Source: an uncultured bacterium
Lineage (GTDB): Bacteria > Oederibacteriota > Oederibacteriia > Oederibacteriales > Oederibacteriaceae
Assembly (NCBI GenBank): GCA_965112635.1
Contig: OZ218778.1
Coordinates: 640,001-704,000, forward strand
DNA: 64,000 nucleotides
Reading direction: 5' to 3'
This document shows, one piece after another, positions 19,186-29,125 of the stretch (position 1 is its first letter; every line of letters begins with the position of its first letter). The notes under the pieces are model-generated. The model was not told the origin of the DNA and searched no databases. It saw only the letters and a program-made list of their open reading frames with translations. Made by a program: the position numbers and the translations under genes.

Positions 19186-20358
19186 TTACGAAGCCTGACC
19201 TTTGAGGACCTTGGCGTAAACGCCTTCAAAAACCTTGATGACTTCGTCAAAAGAATGTTTTTTGATGATGGCCATGCTTTGCTCGCCCATTTTTCTGGCT
19301 AGCCCGGGGTCTTTGAGGATCTTGATGATCTTGTCGGCGTGGTCCTGGCTGTCAAAAGGCTTGGCCAGATAGCCGTTCACCCCGTCCTGGCAAAGTTCCG
19401 GCAGCGCTCCGGCCTTGGCCGCCACGATCGGCAGCCCTGTGGCCATGGCCTCCATGGTCACGATGGACTGTAGTTCCGCGGTGGAGGGGATGCAGAAGAG
19501 CGAGCCCAGATTATAGATTTTAGGAAGGTCGGTCCGGCTGAGGCCTCCCACAAAGGTCACCCGGTCGTGGATATTCATCTTATTGACCATCTGCTCCAGG
19601 TTTTCCTTTTCGCGTCCTACTCCGGCAAAAACAAAATGGCACGGAATTTCTTTGGTGATGAGCGGAATCGCTCTGATCAGAACAGGAAGGCTTTTTTCAC
19701 CGCTCAACCGTCCGGTATAAAGGACCACGGGCTTGTCGCTGGGAATATTATTTTGCTGCCTCAGAGCGGAGGCATCCTGACCGGGATAAAAAGCGGAAAG
19801 GTTGACCCCGTTGGATACCGGCCCATGTGCCGCCTTTAGGCCGTGGTCCACCAGCATCTGGATCGCAGTGCCGGTCGGCGAAATGACATAGTCGCACCGG
19901 TTATGGAACCAGACGATGTATTTCCATCCGGCATTTTTTAAAAGATGGTAAACCGGGCTCATCCACGCCACGGACATGAAAAAATTCTCGGGCATCAAAT
20001 GGTTGGAGGCCACCACCTTGATCTTGTTTTTCTTGGCGTAGACCAGGCCGGACAGGCCCAGCCCATAGGGGTTATGGATATGGAAAAGGTCCGGCTTGAA
20101 CTCATCCAGGACCTTTTTCATGTGGAAATAAGGACACAGGGTCATTTTGTACTGCGGGATCAGCGGAAAGGTCAAAGCTCGACAACGGTAAATCTTGGAG
20201 CCGCCTTCCTCCTCCATATAATTTTTGAACCCACGGGCAGGGGCAAAAACAATGACCTGATGGCCGTGCTTGACCAGCCTCAGGACAAGCTCATGCTGGG
20301 CGACAGCTCCTCCGTCGATGTTTGGAAAATAGGACTCTGTCACCAAAGCGATACGCAT
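19186..20358 (-). CDS. GT4 glycosyltransferase (glycolipid synthase-like)
   Basis: MRIALVTESYFPNIDG, GRLSGEK, PSTAELQSIVTMEAMATGLP. Confidence 0.92.
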   Translation of the reverse strand: MRIALVTESYFPNIDGGAVAQHELVLRLVKHGHQVIVFAPARGFKNYMEEEGGSKIYRCRALTFPLIPQYKMTLCPYFHMKKVLDEFKPDLFHIHNPYGLGLSGLVYAKKNKIKVVASNHLMPENFFMSVAWMSPVYHLLKNAGWKYIVWFHNRCDYVISPTGTAIQMLVDHGLKAAHGPVSNGVNLSAFYPGQDASALRQQNNIPSDKPVVLYTGRLSGEKSLPVLIRAIPLITKEIPCHFVFAGVGREKENLEQMVNKMNIHDRVTFVGGLSRTDLPKIYNLGSLFCIPSTAELQSIVTMEAMATGLPIVAAKAGALPELCQDGVNGYLAKPFDSQDHADKIIKILKDPGLARKMGEQSMAIIKKHSFDEVIKVFEGVYAKVLKGQAS

Positions 20359-20418
20359 AAGTTCCTCGACCCCCCGTTTAGCCTTTTACGGCAACAATGA
20401 ATGTGCTATTGCAAAAAT

Positions 20419-20637
20419 CTATCTTTTGCGCGATTTCGCGGCTGCTTTGCCCGCGGCCTTGCCGGATGATTTCGCCGGAGCGGCTTTCTTTGCTCCGCCT
20501 TTAGTCTTGGTAAACCGCTTGATGGCCAGCGCCCCTGCCTCGACGATATCCATCCCTGCCCACTCTTCCAGCATCATGTCCGCGATGAACACCACAATAC
20601 ATCCCACTAAAAAGAACCAGATTAAATAAAGCATCAA
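20419..20637 (-). CDS. Small single-TM protein with Lys/Ala-rich tail
   Basis: GGAGG RBS, N-terminal hydrophobic helix, KKAAPAK tail. Confidence 0.7.
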   Translation of the reverse strand: MMLYLIWFFLVGCIVVFIADMMLEEWAGMDIVEAGALAIKRFTKTKGGAKKAAPAKSSGKAAGKAAAKSRKR

Positions 20638-20671
20638 TACCCTCCTTTCTCAAGTTATTGGACTAATAGTA

Positions 20672-21094
20672 TCATGTTTTCTTTTTATCTTCAGTTTGCT
20701 CCAACCTTAACATACTCTGCACGAACTTTTCAATCCGTTGCGTGTCCTGGAGGTGGATGCCCACGAACTGGAAACCTGCGTAATAATCCCCGGTTCCCGC
20801 CTCCTGGGCCACCCGGACGATGCAGACAATGGCCTTTAAGGGCCTTTCCTGGGGCGTCAGGGTGATATTGACCTCGAGCAGGGTGCCTACCGCCAAAGGC
20901 CCCGGAGTACGGATGAGCATCCCGCCGGCACTGATATTCTTGCTGAAGGTCCCCACGTCCCTGTACAAATGGCCCTTGATCTTCTCATCCGCGGCCTGCT
21001 CCTCCAGGGGCCTGTAAGTGAGATGCAACCGGACAGCGACCCTTTGGCGCGCCCGTTTTTCTATCCAGCCTTGCTCGTCGGTTGGATCTCCCAT
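20672..21094 (-). CDS. PilZ domain protein
   Basis: EKRARQR (RxxxR) and NISAGG motifs. Confidence 0.9.
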   Translation of the reverse strand: MGDPTDEQGWIEKRARQRVAVRLHLTYRPLEEQAADEKIKGHLYRDVGTFSKNISAGGMLIRTPGPLAVGTLLEVNITLTPQERPLKAIVCIVRVAQEAGTGDYYAGFQFVGIHLQDTQRIEKFVQSMLRLEQTEDKKKT

Positions 21095-21115
21095 GGTCGG
21101 CCTTTTCCTTTTGTC

Positions 21116-21505
21116 TCAGGATTTATCCACAAAATCGGCGATTTTTTTCGCGTTTTCGTCCTGGATGGCGGCGAAGGCAAAACCGATCTTAAAAAGGTTT
21201 TTGCCCTGCGCTTTGACTTTCTTGCAATAGGTGACCTTGGTCAGAATTTTAGCGGACTTTTCCTCGGATCCCAGGAAAACATCCAGCTCCGCATAACCCC
21301 CCACCGGGATGGCTCTTGTGGTTAAAAGGGCGATGCCTCCCGTCCCCATGTCGATCGTTCTGGCTTTATAAAAAGGCTCGGGAGCTTTTTGGGCGGCGGC
21401 TTCCACATCCGTTACGATGGGCCGAAAGCGTACCTGGAGCCTGGCCTTTCTTCTCGGGTCGAACCGCTGCTCCCTTTTTTTTGTGTTTTTCTTTTTGGTT
21501 GACAC
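21116..21505 (-). CDS. PilZ domain protein
   Basis: EQRFDPR (RxxxR) and DMGTGG motifs; GTG start. Confidence 0.88.
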   Translation of the reverse strand: MSTKKKNTKKREQRFDPRRKARLQVRFRPIVTDVEAAAQKAPEPFYKARTIDMGTGGIALLTTRAIPVGGYAELDVFLGSEEKSAKILTKVTYCKKVKAQGKNLFKIGFAFAAIQDENAKKIADFVDKS

Positions 21506-21518
21506 TGCCGGTCCTGTC

Positions 21519-22358
21519 TTAAAAATATTTTAAGCTTTCCAGGTAAAGATCCTGGCGTTTAAGTCCCGTGGCTTTCTTGGCGGCCAAAACCGCCTGGGTC
21601 CGGGTCATCCCCTTGTGGCGTAAAGACCCAAAAATTTCAGCGAGACCCGTCTCATGGGTCTTGGTGGGGGAGTTCGAGCCCTGGCCCTGTACTAAGATCG
21701 CTATCTCTCCCTTGACCTCCGCTCGGGCTGACAGGATCCCGGTGATCTCAGACAGGGAACCCCTTAAAAACTCCTCGAACTTTTTAGTGACTTCCCGGGC
21801 GACCACAGCCTGCCGGTCCCCCAAAACCTCTTTTAAAGTCTTGAGCGTCCCTAAAATCCTTCGCGGCGACTCATAAAAGATGAGGGTCGCATCCTGGCCG
21901 GCCCACTCCCGGATCTTATCTTTCATGGCCTTAGGTCGGCGGGGCAGGAAACCCGCGAAAACAAAATGCCCGGTTTCCAGTCCCGAAGCGCTCAGGCTGG
22001 CTATGACAGCGCTGGGGCCCGGCACAGGAACCACCCTGAATCCGGCCCCGAGGACGGCCCGGGTCACCTGTTCCCCTGGGTCAGAGACCCCCGGCGTGCC
22101 GCTGTCGGAGACCAGGGCTACGGAACTGCCTTTCCCCAGCTTTTCCAGGATCAATCCGGCCCGCCTTTTCTCATTCTGGGCATAACAACTGACCAGAGGC
22201 GTTCTGATCTGATAATGGTCCAGCAAGATCTTCGTGGTCCTGGTATCTTCTGCGGCTATAAGGTCTGCTTCTTTTAAAACGCGCAAAGCTCTTAAGGTGA
22301 TGTCTTCCAAATTTCCAATGGGAGTGCTGACCAGATAAAGCACACCAGAGGGTTCCAA
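21519..22358 (-). CDS. rsmI: 16S rRNA (cytidine1402-2'-O)-methyltransferase
   Basis: LYLVSTPIGNLEDIT.RA, AAEDTR, VSDSGTPGVSDPG, FYESPRR, AREVTKKFEE; GAGGAG before TTG at 22358. Confidence 0.95.
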   Translation of the reverse strand: MEPSGVLYLVSTPIGNLEDITLRALRVLKEADLIAAEDTRTTKILLDHYQIRTPLVSCYAQNEKRRAGLILEKLGKGSSVALVSDSGTPGVSDPGEQVTRAVLGAGFRVVPVPGPSAVIASLSASGLETGHFVFAGFLPRRPKAMKDKIREWAGQDATLIFYESPRRILGTLKTLKEVLGDRQAVVAREVTKKFEEFLRGSLSEITGILSARAEVKGEIAILVQGQGSNSPTKTHETGLAEIFGSLRHKGMTRTQAVLAAKKATGLKRQDLYLESLKYF

Positions 22359-22564
22359 AGAGAACTCCTCAACAACCTTTAATAAATGGCTGAAAAAACT
22401 TGTGAATGACGCAATTATAACAACTTCCAAAGGGGTTAAGCAACCCATTTCAATTTTTAGGCGCATTTTGCTACAGTAGGCAAAGGATGAAATTTTTTAG
22501 GGAAGAGGATTGTTTGTTAAAGCAAGAAGGCAATGCTTTAATTTAACTGGAGGGAGGAAAAGCA

Positions 22565-23431
22565 ATGGCTCGTTTTCTTATTTTTAAAAAGTTCATAACG
22601 CCTCTTATGGTTCTAGGTTTTATTCTGGCCGGTCTGTCGCTCCGCGGGGATGCCCAGGCACAAAATAACGGGGTGACAGCGACCATCAGTGAGCTGTCCG
22701 GTCAAGTCATGGTCATCAACTCCCAGGGCCGATCCGTAGAAGCAGAGGAAGACATGGATCTGGCCGAAGGAGACCAGATCGTCACCAAAGCTGACGGCAC
22801 GGCGGAGATCAGTTTTGATGATGAAACCTCGGTGCAGGTGACTGAAAACTCGAGCCTGATTATCCAAAAAATGGGTCTTGCCCCGGATACCGGCGTTAAA
22901 CATATCTCCTTGAATCTGGTGTTGGGCAGGCTTTTCAGCGTGGTCAAAAAAGCCCTGGAAGGCGGCCATGAAATGGACGTGAACACGCCGGATGGCGTGG
23001 CCGCTGTCAAGGGGACCGAGTTCGGTGTTTCGGTGGAGAACGGCCAAAGCCAGGTGGGCGTTTATGACGGCCTTGTGGCGGTTTCCGGCCGGGCCAACGA
23101 CGGCAAGGTCACAGAGCCGGTGATGGTTAAGCCCAACCAGGAAACCAGTGTCATTAAAGGGATGAGGCCCCTCTTCGCCAAAGCTTTGAGCCGGCGCTGG
23201 CTGGTCCATCGGGCCAGGATCGCTGCTTTAAGGAAAAATGTTTACTTCCTGCGAACCATAAAGCAAAGGGGCGAGATCGCTAAATTTAGGACGATCAGCC
23301 GGCTGCAATGGAAAGAAAATAAGGGGAAATTGTCCCCTGTTGAAATGAAACAGCTCCAGGAATTGAAGCAAAAAAATCCTCACCTCTTGAGAAAACACAG
23401 AAGAAGGCCTTTTAGACCCACGGAGAGATAG
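22565..23431 (+). CDS. Exported FecR-domain protein with a very basic C-terminal tail
   Basis: Signal peptide ending AQA; GDQIVT, VNTPDGVAAVKGTEF, VYDGLV. Confidence 0.85.
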   Translation: MARFLIFKKFITPLMVLGFILAGLSLRGDAQAQNNGVTATISELSGQVMVINSQGRSVEAEEDMDLAEGDQIVTKADGTAEISFDDETSVQVTENSSLIIQKMGLAPDTGVKHISLNLVLGRLFSVVKKALEGGHEMDVNTPDGVAAVKGTEFGVSVENGQSQVGVYDGLVAVSGRANDGKVTEPVMVKPNQETSVIKGMRPLFAKALSRRWLVHRARIAALRKNVYFLRTIKQRGEIAKFRTISRLQWKENKGKLSPVEMKQLQELKQKNPHLLRKHRRRPFRPTER

Positions 23432-23473
23432 TTCACCAGTTCCTTGGTGACGGTCTTCGGATTCACCTGATGC

Positions 23474-23516
23474 AAAAACCTGGCGTTAAATCTAACGCCG
23501 GGTTTTTGTTTTTTTT
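23474..23516. terminator. Bidirectional intrinsic terminator
   Basis: aaaaacctggcgtta-aatc-taacgccgggttttt followed by a T-run, between convergent genes. Confidence 0.8.
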
Positions 23517-23526
23517 CTACTGTCCT

Positions 23527-24174
23527 TTATCTTGAAATGCCCACCCCGACCCTGGCACAAAAGGTTTTTAATTTACACTGGCTGCAAAAGGGAGAGATGG
23601 GCCGGCAAAAATTCTGGCCAAAAGTGACCAGCAGGTCGTTGATGGGGATCCAGTACGGTTTGGGGAGTTTTTTCCGCAAAGCCCATTCGGTTTGCTCGGG
23701 AGTCTTGGTTTTGACATAACCCCAGCGGTTGCAGATGCGATGCACATGGGTGTCCACGCAAATACCCGGTTTGTGGAATCCTACGGTCATCACCAGATTG
23801 GCGGTTTTCCTCCCGACGCCCGGAAAGGTCAACAGGGTGTCCAGGTCAGCCGGGACTTTTCCCCGGAACTGCTTGAGCAGCAGCGCGCATATCTCCTTGA
23901 TCCGCTTGGCTTTGGTGTGATAGAACCCCACGGGATAAATGGCTCGTTCGATGGTCTGGCGTGACAGTTTTCCTATGGCTAGAGGGGTCTGGGCTAGGTT
24001 AAAAAGTTTTTGGCTGGCTTTAGCCGTGGTTTTATCCTGCGTCCTTAAAGAAAGAAGGCAGGAAATTAAAACTTTAAAGGGTGAAACCTTGTAATGCCCC
24101 ACGATAGGCTCCACCCACTGTTTAACTTCCTGCCTTAGGATCCTGACAGCCTGGTGGATATCCTGGTCTCTCAT
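23527..24174 (-). CDS. nth: Endonuclease III
   Basis: LLSLRTQD, HhH LLTFPGVGRKTAN, VDTHVHR, C-x6-C-x2-C-x5-C Fe-S loop. Confidence 0.95.
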   Translation of the reverse strand: MRDQDIHQAVRILRQEVKQWVEPIVGHYKVSPFKVLISCLLSLRTQDKTTAKASQKLFNLAQTPLAIGKLSRQTIERAIYPVGFYHTKAKRIKEICALLLKQFRGKVPADLDTLLTFPGVGRKTANLVMTVGFHKPGICVDTHVHRICNRWGYVKTKTPEQTEWALRKKLPKPYWIPINDLLVTFGQNFCRPISPFCSQCKLKTFCARVGVGISR

Positions 24175-24211
24175 GAGCTTGCTTTTTCACGTAATGGATT
24201 GGGCATGGGGG

Positions 24212-24775
24212 CTACTCTTTTCTGGAGTACTTTCCCATCAACTGCCCCTGATCCAAAATATGCCCTTCCATGGTTTTGACGAGCTCTTTTTTACTGGCTC
24301 CTGGCTCCAGAGAGAGCAAACATTTGAGCGCGTAAATCTTGAAAAAGTACCGGTGCGTCCCGCCGGGAGGACATGGCCCACTGTAACCCAGCTTGCTGGA
24401 ATCATTGATCCCCTGGATCGCTTTGTTGGGCAGCACCTTATTGTTGGGGACTCCTTCAGACAATTCCGTGATCTCAGGGGGGATATTGTACATCACCCAG
24501 TGGACCCAGGTGCCGCTGGGAGCATCCGGGTCATCGCATATCAGGGCCAGGCTCTTGGTCCCTACGGGGATGCCGCTCCAGGATAGGGCGGGTGACAGGT
24601 TTTTGCCGTCACAGGTGTTTTGAGCCGGAATGGGCTCGCCTTCTTTGAAAGCCGCGCTGGTGATCTTGATGGCCATTTTCTTAAAACCTCCCTTTTTCGA
24701 GATCGCATGGACCGATGCTGCTAAACCCAAGATCAGCAACAAGCTGATCAGGATTGATGGCGCCTTCCCTTTCAC
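24212..24775 (-). CDS. YbhB/YbcL (PEBP-like) protein with signal peptide
   Basis: TCDG.NLSPAL.W, DDPDAP...WVHW, YSGPCPP..THRYFF; alternative internal start at 24676. Confidence 0.92.
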   Translation of the reverse strand: MKGKAPSILISLLLILGLAASVHAISKKGGFKKMAIKITSAAFKEGEPIPAQNTCDGKNLSPALSWSGIPVGTKSLALICDDPDAPSGTWVHWVMYNIPPEITELSEGVPNNKVLPNKAIQGINDSSKLGYSGPCPPGGTHRYFFKIYALKCLLSLEPGASKKELVKTMEGHILDQGQLMGKYSRKE

Positions 24776-24867
24776 GGTAACAACCTCACCAAACATTAGT
24801 TTTGACCAGCATTAAAAGTACCTAAATCCCATCCAAATCGTCAAGAATCAATTTCCGGGCGCCGGGT

Positions 24868-25917
24868 TCAGGACCACATACCGGCGATTTTAGTCGAGCA
24901 ATGCGGGCACAGACCATCCCTTACCTGGTTCTCCAGGACGGTGAACCCGTGGCGCTTGACGACCGTCTTTTTGCAATGGGGGCAAAAGGTGTTTTCATAG
25001 GTCTCCACCTGGCCTGGAATATTACCCGCATAAACATAATGCAGGCCTGTTTGATACCCAGCCTCCACGGCCTGGATCAGTTGCCCTGCCGTGGGTGAAG
25101 CCGTGGACTGCATCTTGTAATCCCCATGGAACGAGGTGACATGCCAGGGAATGTCTGGCGACACGGAGCGGATGAATTCCGCCATCTCTTGGAGTTCCTT
25201 CTTGTCGTCGTTGAAACCGGGGACAATCAGGGTGACGAGCTCCACCCAAAATCCTTTTTCATAAAGTTGCCGGATGGTGTCCAGGACGATCTTTAGGTTC
25301 CCTCCCAGTTTCCTGTAGTTTTTGTCCTGGAATGTCTTGAGGTCCACTTTGAAACAATCCAGCCATGGTTTTAATTCTTCGATGATCCGTGGATTGGCGT
25401 TTCCGTTGGAGATGTATGCGGTCTTGAGTCCATGCTGCTTGGCGCCTTTAAATATTTCTACAGCCCACTCGCTGGTGATCAGGGGCTCGTTGTAGGTGCT
25501 GGCCACGATCTGAGAATCTGTTTGTAGAGCCAGGTCGATGATCTCCGCGGAACTGATGGAACGCGGGGATCCTCCAGACTCCTCGTCTTTTAAGACCTGG
25601 GAAATGACCCAGTTTTGGCAAAAATCGCAGTGAAAGTTACATCCCAACATGCCAAAACTAAGCGCCTTGGAGCCCGGCAGCACATGGTACAAAGGTTTTT
25701 TTTCCACGGGGTCCGCGTTCAGCGATTCCACGTACTCTTTAGGGACGAAAAGTTTCCCGTTCTCATTGAAGCGGACCTTGCATACCCCCTCTTTGCCTTC
25801 CATGACCACGCATTCGTGCCCGCAAGCAAAGCATTTGACCCGGCCATCAGCCTGGGCAACATAATATTCACCGGGATGGGCCAGGTCCCTGAGGGTTTTT
25901 TCCAATTTAGTCTTCAT
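24868..25917 (-). CDS. amrS: AmmeMemoRadiSam system radical SAM enzyme
   Basis: N-terminal CFAC..C...G.CKVR, DPVEKKPLYH, GCNFHCDFCQNW, TYNEP, C-terminal CPHC twice. Confidence 0.92.
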   Translation of the reverse strand: MKTKLEKTLRDLAHPGEYYVAQADGRVKCFACGHECVVMEGKEGVCKVRFNENGKLFVPKEYVESLNADPVEKKPLYHVLPGSKALSFGMLGCNFHCDFCQNWVISQVLKDEESGGSPRSISSAEIIDLALQTDSQIVASTYNEPLITSEWAVEIFKGAKQHGLKTAYISNGNANPRIIEELKPWLDCFKVDLKTFQDKNYRKLGGNLKIVLDTIRQLYEKGFWVELVTLIVPGFNDDKKELQEMAEFIRSVSPDIPWHVTSFHGDYKMQSTASPTAGQLIQAVEAGYQTGLHYVYAGNIPGQVETYENTFCPHCKKTVVKRHGFTVLENQVRDGLCPHCSTKIAGMWS

Positions 25918-25998
25918 AAGCAAGGATTGTTCCTCCAAAACAAACCGAAAACCTTGGCAAGGTTGCTTCCTGGGCTGATCAGGTTAAAAGAGGTAAGA

Positions 25999-26637
25999 CT
26001 AGGCGATCCGTTCAAGTCCTGCGCTGCGTTGGGCCGTGCTTTGCGTGGTACGGTTCATAGCCAGGTTTAAAGTCCGCAAGGTTTCTGCCAGGGTCCGCGG
26101 TCCGGCACCGGCCTGACCTTGGTTAAAACGCTGTGCGGTGGCTGCCTGGGCCAGGAACTGTTGAGTGGTCTGTGGCGCGGGCCTGACGGCTGTCTGGACA
26201 GCCACCCGGGCCGCCTGGGGAGCTCCTGCAGGCCTTACGGTTATATGAGGAGCGATTTGCTGGCCTTGTCTTACGATAGACTGGTTTTCATCCTGGTTGA
26301 CCTGTTGGCTGGGATTAGTTTGGATTGGCGCAGTCCCGACTTGATGGGTTGAGGTTTGTCCGGTCACAGCCATTAAATTTTTTTGGGTTTGCTCGATTCT
26401 CTGCCCTGTGATTCGGGCAGGGTTCAAGGCCGTACGCAGTGCCCCTGTCACCAGGATACCCCTGTTGGTTGGAGCCAATCCTGCCAGGGCAGTCCCTTGC
26501 AAACCGGTTTGGTTCTGCAAAATCTTCTGTTCATCCGTTTTTTGCTGCGAATTGGGTTGATAATTGGGCGTTTGGTCATGCCTGACTTGCTCTTGGGCCT
26601 TTCTACTTAGGAAAGAAGTGACTGGGTTTATGTCCAT
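25999..26637 (-). CDS. Hypothetical Gln/Thr/Ala-rich, probably disordered protein
   Basis: 212-aa ORF with AAGGA RBS; no Cys or Trp; very Q-rich. Confidence 0.65.
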   Translation of the reverse strand: MDINPVTSFLSRKAQEQVRHDQTPNYQPNSQQKTDEQKILQNQTGLQGTALAGLAPTNRGILVTGALRTALNPARITGQRIEQTQKNLMAVTGQTSTHQVGTAPIQTNPSQQVNQDENQSIVRQGQQIAPHITVRPAGAPQAARVAVQTAVRPAPQTTQQFLAQAATAQRFNQGQAGAGPRTLAETLRTLNLAMNRTTQSTAQRSAGLERIA

Positions 26638-26775
26638 AGTTTTTCTTCCTTTCTCTATTAAATTATATCACCCCAAAAAAAAACATACAAGGTAATGAAA
26701 AAACACTGATTTTCTGGTGTTTTTTGGTTTTCTAAAATCCAAAATATAATGGCCTCTGCTATCGGGGATAAAGGA

Positions 26776-26850
26776 TGGAGCGGGAGACGGGGTTCGAACC
26801 CGCGACACCCAGCTTGGAAGGCTGGAACTCTACCACTGAGTTACTCCCGC
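26776..26850 (-). tRNA. tRNA-Gly(TCC)
   Basis: GCGGGAG acceptor stem, anticodon loop CTTCCAA, GGTTCGAACC T-arm, encoded CCA. Confidence 0.97.
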
Positions 26851-26870
26851 TTTATTTGGGATCTTGGTTA

Positions 26871-26957
26871 TGGTGGGGAGAGGAGGAATCGAACCTCCGG
26901 AGGTCTAAGACCGACGGATTTACAGTCCGTTGCAATTGACCGCTCTGCCATCTCCCC
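26871..26957 (-). tRNA. tRNA-Tyr(GTA)
   Basis: GGGGAGA acceptor stem, ACGGA-CTGTAAA-TCCGT anticodon arm, long variable arm, CCA; TTGAGT-N17-TAAAAT promoter upstream. Confidence 0.97.
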
Positions 26958-27037
26958 ATCCAATTCATCTTTAAGAGGTGGCCATTTTACTATGCTTTGG
27001 GCCGGCACTCAATAGCCGCAAAAATTTGCTGATCCGG

Positions 27038-29095
27038 TTACCTTCTGGGGATCACGGCGATGATCCTGGCCTCAGCGGATTGGAAAACAGGCTGGAAAAG
27101 GTATTTATCCGTCTTTTTCAAAGAAAACTTGGATCCTTTGTCCAGCCAACAGTAACCTATCTTGTATCCTTCAATAATTTTCTCGGCCGTCCTGGGATCT
27201 TGGGTGCTGAAAAGTTGTCCCAAAGGTGGCAGGTCCTTTTTAAAAGCCCTGTTGGGATTTTTTCTTTCGCAAAGATAGGATTTGACCCGCCAATCGTTTT
27301 CGATGAGTACCCTGGCGTCCCAAGGCGTGCTTTCCCTGATGAATTTTGCCGCCTCCCTGATAGAGGCGCTGTTCTGATGTCTCATCCCCTGTTCAACGAA
27401 CTGGTTCAAATTAATGCCGTTGAGGACATAAAATGCCCCAAAACAGATCAAAAGGATCAAAGAGGTTGTTTTGGCCAGGATTTTTTTACCAGCTAGCTGC
27501 TTGACCAGGTATCCCAAGAACCCGGCGGTAGCAAACCCTGCAAAGTAATAAGAGATCTCCGCGAACCTGGCTGTATTAAAAGCTTCCGGAGAGGTCATTT
27601 CCACAAAACCAAAATAGATGAAATATCCCGCCAGGATATTCCACCCCAAAAGAACCAAGACAATTTTTTGGTCACCGCGCAAAAGTTTCAGGATTTGTCT
27701 CAGCCAGCCCAAACAGATCCAATGCGGAAAAGTAGCCCCCAAAATATAAAGTGGGATCAGCACTGCCCCGCTAAGGGCCTCTAGCCCTTTTATTTCTGGA
27801 TAATATCTTTGGAAAAAAAACATGCAGCGTGGAACATAGAAGAATGGATGCCAACTAATCCACTCAACAGCCCCGTATTCCGCAGGGCCGATAAATCTGA
27901 AGATCTGCATCAGGAATGGCAAGGAACAGGCGAGCAGAATAAGAAAAGCCCGGGCCAGCCTCGCCGAGTCTAGGCGGGCCAGCCTCAAACTCTTATCCCG
28001 GATAAAATAAAAAAGCGCGGTCAGTCCAAGGCCCGCCAGCATCATATAAGCATCGGGGTTTTTGATCTTTAAGACCGCGGCCATCAGGATACCCATCAAT
28101 AAAGCCTCCCCTGTCCTAGCAGAGCGCAAATACCTCATCAAAAATATCAAAGCGGTCAGGGTCCCCAGCAATCCGACAAGCTGTCCCGGACTTTCGAAAA
28201 AAATAATGGATGGTGACGCTACTAAAGTTTGATACATCGCCTCACCGTCAGTGCCCAGCAAAGCGCCTGTCCTGAACCAATGGAATATTTCTGCCGTAAG
28301 ATGGCCGGCATCCTGGCACATGAACAGGGTCACAACCGCCAGTAATCCGACTCCCTGGGAACCAAAAAGCCGTGCAGCGAACAAATAGATCGCCACAATG
28401 AGCAAGGCGAGGTTATATCCCTGGGTCAAGTCATACGCGGGCATCAACGGCAGACCTAGCCACTTTGACAAAAGGGCTGGAAAAACACTGGCCAGGTGGT
28501 GTTCGACGTAGGGTTTTCCCGGAGGGAGCGGATTTTCAGGCGGGATATGGTTCCTCAACTCAGCAGCATAGGAAAAATGCCATGGCATATCGCCATATCT
28601 CGAGGTGATCACCGCGTCGTTATTGAACATAACGCCCTGGATACCCCACTGATAAAAAATAACGATGAAAATCAGTAAAAATAATAAGGACATTGTGGAC
28701 AGTTTTGCCTCCGGCAAGCTGGGCCTTGTCCTGACCAAGTCTATCAATGCCAAAAGATCAAGGACGCCGGCAATAACAAAATAAAGGAATTCGATATGGA
28801 GCAACCCGCAAACATAATAGATGAGGGATCCCCCGAAATATCCCAGGCTGAGCGCTAACAGGATGTTTTCGCCCAATGAGTTACGGGGACTGATTTTATG
28901 GATAAGGAAAAGACAGGGAACCAGGCAGGCCAGGACCACAAAGAGCAGGAACTTTATAAGATCGACCGGCTGGACCGTTCCGTTGGCCTGGAGCAGCAGG
29001 CCAGTGGCGCCGAGGCCCAGGATCAAACCTATGAGAATCTTACAAAAGGAAAGTTTGATCTGCGATGGGTTATGTTGTATTTTCTGCTGGGGCAA
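27038..29095 (-). CDS. Large polytopic membrane protein (GT-C glycosyltransferase-like)
   Basis: Many TM helices; periplasmic loop GDMPWH...PPENP; probable start is TTG at 29095 after AAGGGAG (the longer ORF runs into the tRNA-linked element). Confidence 0.75.
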   Translation of the reverse strand: MPQQKIQHNPSQIKLSFCKILIGLILGLGATGLLLQANGTVQPVDLIKFLLFVVLACLVPCLFLIHKISPRNSLGENILLALSLGYFGGSLIYYVCGLLHIEFLYFVIAGVLDLLALIDLVRTRPSLPEAKLSTMSLLFLLIFIVIFYQWGIQGVMFNNDAVITSRYGDMPWHFSYAAELRNHIPPENPLPPGKPYVEHHLASVFPALLSKWLGLPLMPAYDLTQGYNLALLIVAIYLFAARLFGSQGVGLLAVVTLFMCQDAGHLTAEIFHWFRTGALLGTDGEAMYQTLVASPSIIFFESPGQLVGLLGTLTALIFLMRYLRSARTGEALLMGILMAAVLKIKNPDAYMMLAGLGLTALFYFIRDKSLRLARLDSARLARAFLILLACSLPFLMQIFRFIGPAEYGAVEWISWHPFFYVPRCMFFFQRYYPEIKGLEALSGAVLIPLYILGATFPHWICLGWLRQILKLLRGDQKIVLVLLGWNILAGYFIYFGFVEMTSPEAFNTARFAEISYYFAGFATAGFLGYLVKQLAGKKILAKTTSLILLICFGAFYVLNGINLNQFVEQGMRHQNSASIREAAKFIRESTPWDARVLIENDWRVKSYLCERKNPNRAFKKDLPPLGQLFSTQDPRTAEKIIEGYKIGYCWLDKGSKFSLKKTDKYLFQPVFQSAEARIIAVIPRR

Positions 29096-29125
29096 GCCTG
29101 ACTCTCCCTTAATAGACCTGATAGA

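Noticed and set aside
26960-29125. Integrative island between tRNA-Leu and tRNA-Tyr
   Set aside because: No integrase, and the tRNA 3' duplication encloses only about 165 bp rather than the gene.
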